Part shown: in pieces, positions 33,672 through 41,879 of the stretch
Numbering within the stretch: the stretch's first letter is position 1
Layout of the letters: each line of letters opens with the position of its first letter
Source of the DNA: Patellaria atrata CBS 101060
Lineage: Eukaryota
DNA: 41,879 bases
Assembly (NCBI GenBank): GCA_010093705.1
Contig: MU006094.1
Coordinates: 296,020-337,898 of the forward strand
Direction: 5' to 3'
The notes under the pieces: model-generated
Told to the model about the DNA's origin: nothing
Database searches by the model: none
What the model saw: the letters and a program-made list of their open reading frames with translations, nothing else
Made by a program: the position numbers and the translations under genes

Positions 33672-35848
33672 ATGGCACAACCAGGACCGTAAGTACGACT
33701 AATGATATGACCTATATTGCAACACTTTGAGCAATTTCTATCTTTTATTTGTAGTTACTCCAATTCTCCGGCACTCAGTCAGTTTTACTTGTCCGTCTCT
33801 TGTTCTTTTTCATCCAGGATGAGGCCATAGTTCCTTACATGTATTAGAATAATTGTCATGCGATTGATACTTTAGCATTCCAAATTTTTTCGACCTGCGT
33901 TCTCCCTCTTAATAATATTTGACAGTTACACCACGGCATTCGCATTGTTTGAGGCCTTGTGGGAGGTGCGTGAGTCCTTCCTGCGCTATTCATTATCACT
34001 CAATTGATTACTTCGATAGGCTGGAGTAACAACATGCTTTGTAAATGTTGGTTCAGACCACCCATCTATTATTGAAGCCATAATCAAAGGTAAACGAGAA
34101 CGGCCAGATAGATGGCCGAAAATGGTCACGTGTCCTTCGGAGATCACAGCTATATCTATGGCTGATGGCTATGCCCGAATCACTGGAAAGCCACAGGCAG
34201 TCATAGTTCATGTAGATGTGGGCACGCAAGCTCTTGGTCAAGGTGTGCACAATGCGAGTATTGGGCGTGCCCCGGTCTTTATCTTTGCCGGACTCTGTCC
34301 CTATACGGAATCCGGCGAACTTACCGGTTCAAGAACAGAGTACATGCACTGGCTTCAAGAGGCGCCGGACCAGAAGGCTATTGTACGACAGTACTGCAGA
34401 TATACTGGCGAGATAAGGTCCGGGTTAAATGCTAAGCAGACAGTTGCTCGTGCTCTGCAGTTTTCTACAAGCGCCCCTAAAGGTCCAGTCTATGTTGCTA
34501 GTGCCCGAGAGGTTTTGGCAGAAGAGATCACGCCGCATTCTCTAACCCAAGATGAGTGGGTGCCGATAGGCCCGGGCGCTTTGCCTGAAGATGCTGTCTC
34601 AGAGATTTCACAAGCATTAGTGCACGCAGAACGGCCACTTATAATAACTGGTTACTCAGGTCGAGATCGTCGGACACCGGAGCAATTAGTGACACTTGCG
34701 GATCTCATACCTGGCTTGCGCGTTCATGATACTGGTGGCAGTGATGTGTGCTTCCCATTCTCACACCGAGCATCACAAGGTTTTCGTTTAAGCTCCGACG
34801 AGATTACAAGGGATGCAGATGTCATATTACTTCTAGATGTCGACGTCCCCTGGATCCCTTCTCGTAACGCACCACCGAAAACTACCCGCATTTACCATGT
34901 CGACATCGATCCCCTCAATCAGCAGATCTCAGTCTCCTTCTTTCCGGCACATGGTCGCTGGAGATCTGATTCTTATACGGTCCTTAATCAGTTGCTTTCT
35001 TATATCAAGCAAGATTCAATCCTCAGTACGACACTCCAGGCTTCGAAGTACGCCGACCGTGGAAACAAACTGGCTGAAACTCATAAAGCCCGACTCCAGG
35101 AGATTGCCAAGACTCCTCAACTTGGAGATGAAGAGCCCCTCAACGGCCATAACATTGGTTGCCTTCTCAAGCAATGTCTTCCAGAGTCTACGACTTTTAC
35201 TATTGAGGCTGTTACCTGTGGTCAAATACTCTCGGATCAATTACAACCAAGTAGACCGGGTAGTTGGATAAATTGTGGCTCCACTGGCATCGGATGGAGC
35301 AACGGTGCAGCCTTGGGTATCAAGATGGCCCTGGATGATATGCAGGAAAAGAAAGATGCACTTCCAAATCTTGTTTGCCACGTTGTTGGTGATGGAAGTT
35401 TTATGTGTGCTGCACCTTCAAGCGCTTTGTGGGTCGCTAGCAAGTACAAGATTCCGATCCTAACCGTAGTGCTAAATAACGGGGGTAAGTCTAGCCCCAT
35501 TTCTACATATACCTATTCAGTTCAATTTTTTCACTAACTGAACTTGGTACAGGCTGGAAAGCTCCCCGTAACTCGACGGAATTAGTCTACCCCAAGGGGC
35601 TGAATAAAGGGGCCACAGACGACGAACTTAACATCTCATTTAAACCATCCCCGAATTATGCTCTGTTAGCGCAGGCAGCTGCTGGATCGGACTCTGCAAA
35701 TAACCAGGACAACCATAGAGCTGGAGGAGATTGGATGAGAGGTGTACGTGTGAAGACCGTCAAAGAGTTCAGAACCGAGCTTAAAAACGCTGTGACTAGA
35801 GTTCAGAAAAATGGCCAAGGGATGCTTATAGATGCGTTGATAGAATAG
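33672..35848 (+). CDS. Thiamine-diphosphate-dependent enzyme (acetolactate synthase-like/2-oxoacid decarboxylase superfamily)
   Basis: Introns 33689..33925, 33966..34019 and 35485..35552. YTTAFALFEALWEAGV...GSDHPSIIEA, catalytic Glu in CPSEITAISMADGYAR, ThDP-binding GDGSF...VLNNGGW. Confidence 0.92.
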
Positions 35849-36405
35849 GCTAAACAGGGCTAGATGTGCCTGTAGGTTCTAGTAGGTCTACATCGCTAAT
35901 CTAAAATAACATTTCAGCAACAGAGCTGGAAGCCGTACATCATCCAGTACTTCGAACTATATATCTCCTACTTATTTTGAGATTTGATAGAAAATTTAGG
36001 ATGACGTGGGAAATCTAGGTTGCCAAGCCTGTGGTTTAATATAAATCAATCTGGTAGCACGTTCCGCTTTGAAACAACTAACCTTATAGGTAAACGGAGA
36101 ACAAAGGCCCGCCAGTCATAGGAACATCCAGTTTTATGTCCTACTTTAACAATTTATTCGACGAACGACACTGGTGGTAACTTTCTTTCCAGGTCAAGCG
36201 AAGGTGGTTGATGACCTCCAGCTCGACTTTGGCATTCTCGAAGGCCGGTTCCAGGTTCTCCATGGCCAACCCGGATCGCATCGCCGAAATTGTGCATAAA
36301 TCTGGGGAAGTGCAAGTCCCTACTGACAGATATAAAACGGACCTACGACTGTGATCGTTTGTCTATGTTGTCCCCTCGTTACTAACTCCGGAATTCCCTA
36401 TAAAT

Positions 36406-37286
36406 ATGGTGAACTTCCTATTGTCTGCTTTGACGATCGGTGCTGGCCTCTCTGGCGCGGTTTCAGCCCACGGCTACCTTAAGAACATCGAATACAATGG
36501 TGTCAAATATCCTGCGTGGCAAGTTGGTCAAGATGATTACCTAAATCCAGTGCCCACTCGTTACGCGCGTCAGATCAAGGACAATGGCCCGGTGCCCGAT
36601 TTTACATCTAAGGATATCACGTATGAAGCCGTAATTTTCCAAGAGATAACAGACTGACAAAATCCATTTAGGTGCAACGTTGGCGGTAACAAACCAGCTT
36701 CCGGAATCATTGACGTGAAAGCCGGTTCAAAAGTGTACGTCTGTAAAATATTCAAACTAAATGATATCAGAAGTCTTACTACTCATACAGCAAATTCATC
36801 TGGGACCAATGGGGCAGCTCCCACAGTGGTCCAGTAATGACCTATCTCGCAAAATGCACTCCTAACTGCGCCTCCTTTAAAGGCGACTCCGGCAACGTCT
36901 GGGTCAAGATTGATCAAGTGGCCTACGACAAATCCAAGGCTACACCATGGGGCTCCGACTGCCTCGCCAAGAACGGCGCGACATGGACCGTCACCATCCC
37001 CCCTTCCATAGCTGACGGAGAGTATCTTCTCCGTCATGAGATCCTGGGTTTGCATGTTGCCGGAACGAGGATGGGAGCGCAGTTCTACCCGAGTTGTACC
37101 CAGATTAAAATTTCCGGTGGAGGCAGTGCGAATCCGAGCGGTATTGCGCTTCCAGGAGCGTATAATCCGGACGATAAGCAGGGTATTTTGACAGAGCTTT
37201 GGAGAATTCAGCAGGGGCAAGTTTCTTATACGGCACCCGGTGGAGCGGTGTGGTCAGGAGCGGTTGCGAACAGTATGGCCTGTTAA
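36406..37286 (+). CDS. AA9 (GH61) lytic polysaccharide monooxygenase
   Basis: Signal peptide then His1 (HGYLKNI), SHSGPVMTYLA, YLLRHEILGLH, AQFYPSCTQI. Introns 36621..36671 and 36735..36790. Confidence 0.95.
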
Positions 37287-37491
37287 GGAGCAAGGTATGG
37301 TATCACGATAATGCCGTTCGTCAAACCTTGGGGTGCTCTTTCGGTTCTTGAATGTGAATTAATTTTTCGGAATTGATACGGGGATATTAGTTGCCAAGAG
37401 AAAGCTGAATAACATTATGAGGAAAGGAGCATCTCTTCTCCTGATTCCCTACAAGGTATACAAGGTTCGGGAGTCAGTACAATATAGATAT

Positions 37492-37741
37492 GAGTCGTAT
37501 TGTACAATGCACTCATTTTGGATAGTCAGCCATCTCATACTACTCAAACAATTCGTGCTATTTACCTATTTTCTATGATCACTCATTTCACGCAATCAAA
37601 TCATCTGGTACAGTTTAGTCATTTGTTGTAATTCAAACAGTCCATACGGTTCAGTCATTATATAATGTTCAGTCATTGCGCACAGTCAATCCATTTCGTG
37701 CCGATCAGTCATCTCGTACTATCCATTTCATTCGTACGTTT
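37492..37741 (+). repeat. Degenerate 18-bp minisatellite, about 14 units (consensus approximately CAGTCATTTCGTACAGTT)
   Basis: For example CAGTCATTATATAATGTT, CAGTCATTGCGCACAGTC, AATCCATTTCGTGCCGAT, CAGTCATCTCGTACTATC in 18-nt register. Confidence 0.65.
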
Positions 37742-38242
37742 AACGAGGTGGTATCTCTAATTGATTTCTAACAACGTCTTTGACACTCTCGACTCACCAT
37801 TACTGTAGAGTAAAGCGAACTAGGGGGATGGTGACAAGGAACAAAGAGAATCTCAAATATGAAGGAGATAAATGAGCAACCTGTAGTGAGCGGACAGTAA
37901 GTTAGAACCGAAAACTTCCTATACAATACGTTCTAACTTAATCTCAGGTTTATATTTACAATGTACTACACTTTAGAATACTGTTTTTAATCAGTTTACA
38001 TTGTTCCGCGCTATTCTATATGAACTTCATCCAATGAAAAGCATTGTTCAAGCTCTGTCTCTTTACAAACATGAGAGCAGATCTTATAAAACTGCGGACT
38101 ATTTTACTATTTTACGGAGTTTATCACAAACATTCAACCAACCTATACAGGTACTCGTTCAAATCACCACATTACAAAAGTTCCCCTTGAACTACTGTCA
38201 TCCTCATATCATCACACTCCACCCGAACAACAACAATTCACA

Positions 38243-39820
38243 ATGCCTGGAAACAGCAGTACAACACCAATCACAATCGCTGACCGCATAGCTTACATCA
38301 AAGAAACTGAAACCACCTCCTTCCGCGCCTCTACCACGCAAAGTCTCACCGCTCTCGCGACCAACACTCAAGCAGTCCTGGAAAGCCTAGAGGATGTTCC
38401 AACAATCAACAGCCTCCTTGATGCCCTCGCGCCACTCACACAACGAATTACTAGCCTTGAGACCCCAAGTTCGTATGTAACTTCACAAGCAGTTCAAACA
38501 CTTACCACCATTAGCAGTGGTGTAAATGCGCTGCTGGAGAGAGAGGATGAGAGGAAAGGGAAACAAGAGAGGAATGAGCAGGAAGCGCTCAGGAAACGGA
38601 TCCAAGTCTTGGAGAAAGAAAACCGACATCTCGCCCGAGAAAGCAAGGACCTTCGCTCCGACCTCACTGGTCTGCGCTCAGACTCGCAAAGCCTCCGAGG
38701 CGACAAAGCGGAACTCAAACGCATGGTCGCTTCCTTGCAAGTCCGACTCATCAATATGACTTCCGCTTCCCTGTCTTTCTCGCCCTCGGCTTCTCGTGCG
38801 CAACAATCCCCATCACCACTATCCCCTGCATCCCCACCTCTCCCACTCTCCTCATCTCCCGTTCAACAAACTAAAGACCTCCAAGACCGCCTCAAGCTCC
38901 ATGAATTTAAGACCCGAGAACTCCACTCCGAGCTCAAAGCCGAGCGCGAGCATTCCGCGGCGCTGAAGAAAGAGGTCGTGTTCCTGAGGAAACAGCGCGA
39001 TGAGGCGCAAGCCGGTTTCTGGGAGCTGAGGAGACGGACGGGAAGCATACCGAGGAGGAAGGTAGATACGGCACAGCTGATGAAGCGGGCCGTTATAATG
39101 AGGTCGTATCATGCTGCTGAGAGTGCTTCTGAAGAGCAGAAGGACAAGGTTGAAGAATTTGATGCAGACGAGTGGGAGAGAGAAGACGGGGAGCAGGATA
39201 AAAAGGTCATGAAGGTAAGTGTTGTCCTACCTTCTATTCCTTTTGACGATGGGCTTCTCGAGTACGATGAACCACCCGCTGACAATCCTACTAACAACCG
39301 CGCTCTTCTAGAAGTTCAACAAGCGTTTGCTGCTAGTGCACCTTTGTCTGAGGAACTGTCGATTACGGAAAACGATAGTTCGTACGAGAGGGATACAGAG
39401 TCTGATGAGCGCCATAACGATGACAAGGAAGAGAGCACTGATAACGAGAACGAGAGCGCTAGTGACAAGAACGATACTACTGATGCCAAGAGCGAGAGGA
39501 CTTATAATGAAGAGGAGGGCACTGGTACTCCTAACTCTAGCGACAGCACTCATGAGGCGTCCACGGAAGACGAGAAAGTCTCTAGGAACGGTATCCTCGG
39601 TGTCCCTCTCGTGCACCCTCAAATTCGCTCTGCGAAGGAGTCGGAGCAGGAAACTCTTCAAACCGTCGCTGAGGAACCGACCAACGTCTCCGCCGTAAAA
39701 CCGACAGGGGAAAAGGTTAGATGGATCGAGATGCCCGATCTAGAGGAGTATGCGAAATCCCTCGAGGAGCAGGCAAGTGAGGAGGCTGAGAAAGAAGATG
39801 CGGAAGATGACTCAGACTGA
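38243..39820 (+). CDS. Hypothetical coiled-coil protein with acidic C-terminal region
   Basis: 525-aa intronless ORF. Heptad stretches (LRKRIQVLEKENRHLARESKDLRSDLTGLRSDSQSL), Ser/Pro linker and D/E-rich tail. Confidence 0.75.
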   Translation: MPGNSSTTPITIADRIAYIKETETTSFRASTTQSLTALATNTQAVLESLEDVPTINSLLDALAPLTQRITSLETPSSYVTSQAVQTLTTISSGVNALLEREDERKGKQERNEQEALRKRIQVLEKENRHLARESKDLRSDLTGLRSDSQSLRGDKAELKRMVASLQVRLINMTSASLSFSPSASRAQQSPSPLSPASPPLPLSSSPVQQTKDLQDRLKLHEFKTRELHSELKAEREHSAALKKEVVFLRKQRDEAQAGFWELRRRTGSIPRRKVDTAQLMKRAVIMRSYHAAESASEEQKDKVEEFDADEWEREDGEQDKKVMKVSVVLPSIPFDDGLLEYDEPPADNPTNNRALLEVQQAFAASAPLSEELSITENDSSYERDTESDERHNDDKEESTDNENESASDKNDTTDAKSERTYNEEEGTGTPNSSDSTHEASTEDEKVSRNGILGVPLVHPQIRSAKESEQETLQTVAEEPTNVSAVKPTGEKVRWIEMPDLEEYAKSLEEQASEEAEKEDAEDDSD

Positions 39821-40154
39821 GACGTGCGTGTTTTGGAATCTGAAGTGGATGAACCAAATCTCCACGAAAGAAAAACCGTAGAGGCAAAATTCATCCATCG
39901 GCTGAAAGTCTCAACAGTTACTCTCAGCCTGTACATGGGGTTCGGTATGTCTGAATAAATAACTTCAATGGTAAGTATTGTTGAAGAAATATGTGAGTGC
40001 TTTTGAAGTTGAGAAGTTGTAATGCTATGAGTGTTAATGTTTGGATATGCTTGGAGATGGAGATGTAAATCAAGTGCATGTACGTACCCAGGGAGGGACG
40101 GGGGGGTCTTATCAGGGAGGGCAATGTGGTATTTAATATTACTGTACAAACGAA

Positions 40155-40280
40155 CTGTAACCGTATCGTTGACTTTAAGCGTACAGTAGATCTCAAGCGT
40201 ATAATAGAGCTGGATCGTACGGTAAACTTCGAGCGCACAATAATTCCAAAGCATATGGAATAACCTAAGCGTACAATAGA
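40155..40280 (+). repeat. Degenerate 18-bp minisatellite, 7 units (consensus approximately CTTTAAGCGTACAATAGA)
   Basis: Units at 40155, 40173, 40191, 40209, 40227, 40245 and 40263. Confidence 0.75.
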
Positions 40281-41133
40281 ATCTAAATATGAAACACATC
40301 CATAATTGAGAATTATTTGAAGCGTACCAAGCCTCCCGTGCAGTCTCCAACTCTTTCCAGGCCCCTTATGCTTCACCTCCACAACAGCCAAAACTCAATT
40401 TCCTTTTTGATTTAGCCAACTTCCAGCTTATTGTCACAATCATGGCCTTCGGAGGGGAGAATCGGGACGATATCTTAACGTCCACCCTCACACCGACTCT
40501 GACAGTCTGCTTTAAAGAGACCATAAACAACTTACGTTTGTGGACGCATGTTAGACATAACGCCATGAGAACTTTCGCCTGATTCTTGAATCCCATTCAA
40601 ATTGCGCACAAGCTTAAAGACGAAGGAACCCTATTAGGAATACTTGACCTTCATTGATTGTTGTGAGTTAAGCCATCCTTCCTACCGTGTAGCTGAATTC
40701 ATCCGGACTTGGTGGAGAGAATAATTTCCTGTTACTCTAAGGTTTAGGTGGATTTTTGAGAGTTTCATCCCCTATGCCTTAGCAAAAATAGAAAGAAAAA
40801 GGAAATATTCTAAAATCACCCGTAGAACTCATCGGGCTCAATCCGTGGTGCGCCAAGAGCTTCCGTGTTGAATGCAAGTTCAAGATGCTCCCCTCGCTCA
40901 CCCATCTTAATACTGTGACTTTCGAAACATCGTGAACTCTTGGCTACACCACATCATCGCACACAACACCCCGCCAGAATCATCGCATTTTTATGTTTCT
41001 TGATGTAGCTTTACAACCAGACCACTGTTAAAACTGAATATTTTATCGCTTTGTCTGCCTAGCCCAGCTTTCTATGGTGTTGTTCTTTTTTTACTTATAG
41101 CTGGTTGTTGTTGATGCTTCGGTCGCAGTAAAG

Positions 41134-41879
41134 ATGGGTCGGAGGCTGCCAGAGAGCGTAATTCAGCGTATCAAGGCGCGATTTGATGACAACCAGCCCG
41201 TTCCGGCCATTGCTCTAGCGCTCAATATATCCAAAACGACTATCTACAAATTGAAGTTGAGTTTTGATATTTTTGGAGCGCCGTATGCTCCGACATCTGT
41301 GAAAAATGGCCGCCCAAGGTCTCTTACAGAGCATCAAGAGCGAGTACGTAGACTCAGATCTTGTTCCCTACAGTTTACTTATTAGTAGAGACTTTTAGAG
41401 TATCTAGATGATCAGCCGACAGCGTTTCTTGATGAGATGCAAGTATTCCTTTTCGACGAGTTTGACGTGTTTATCTCAACATCTAGTGTCTATCGAGCGC
41501 TACAGAGGGCTCGTTGGTCTCGAAAAGCAGTAAGGAATCGAGCCTCTGAGAGAAGTCAGCCACTCCGTATAGCTTGGGTTGGAAGATCGAATACCTGGAC
41601 TGCTGAACAGTTGGTGTTTCTTGATGAGTCAGCGGCTAATGAGCGTACTGGAGATAGAAAATATGGCTGGTCACCTATCGGAGTAGAATGCGAAAATACT
41701 CGCCCTATTAAGAGATCGGAGAGATGGTCTATCTTACCAGCTTTAACAGTTAACGGATATTTAGGGTATAAGATCTTCCAAGGTAGCTTTACAAGCGAGT
41801 TATTCCTCGAGTTCGTGGCCGACCAGGTGCTTCCCACGGTCGATTTTGATACTCGATAACGCCTCTATCCACCGATCCG
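41134..41879 (+). mobile_element. Tc1/mariner-IS630 (DDE_3) transposase, frameshifted; element continues off the window
   Basis: HTH region (IALALNISKTTIYK), intron 41344..41388, LDEMQVFL, LVFLDESA, RKYGWSP, RWSILPALT. The DNASIH motif lies in a shifted frame after 41836. Possible left end TA|CTGTG at 40911-40917 is unverified. Confidence 0.9.

Noticed and set aside
36406..37286. AA9 LPMO as a member of the RiPP cluster
   Set aside because: Ordinary secreted AA9 with an intact His-brace. Only proximity links it, so it is treated as the right boundary.
39658..40391. Minus-strand 230-aa and 155-aa ORFs
   Set aside because: They overlap the antisense end of the 525-aa gene and the 18-bp array, and have no recognisable protein features.

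Overview
Intron-containing genomic DNA from a filamentous ascomycete (GT-AG introns with CTRAC branch points, RIP-like TpA-rich repeats). The left half holds mostly housekeeping and hypothetical genes: PTH2, an AIM9/APH-like phosphotransferase, a GAS2-domain protein, a DUF2470 protein, two tandem paralogs sharing a C-terminal motif and a Stc1-domain protein. It also has a decayed GC-rich gene with a hairpin-repeat array, an intronless bacterial-type D-2-hydroxyacid dehydrogenase and a 245-bp MITE. The main result is a candidate fungal RiPP (dikaritin-type) biosynthetic locus at about 22-36 kb. A DUF3328/UstYa-family oxidase (two HxxHC motifs) is transcribed divergently from a spliced 147-aa secreted precursor that carries six FEADxLLxV...SSY repeats with KR/R processing sites. 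This pair is flanked by two MFS transporters, a Pth11-like membrane protein and a ThDP-dependent enzyme. The right end has an AA9 LPMO, a coiled-coil ORF bracketed by two degenerate 18-bp arrays, and a frameshifted Tc1/IS630-type transposase. Exon models were derived by hand; no database searches were run.
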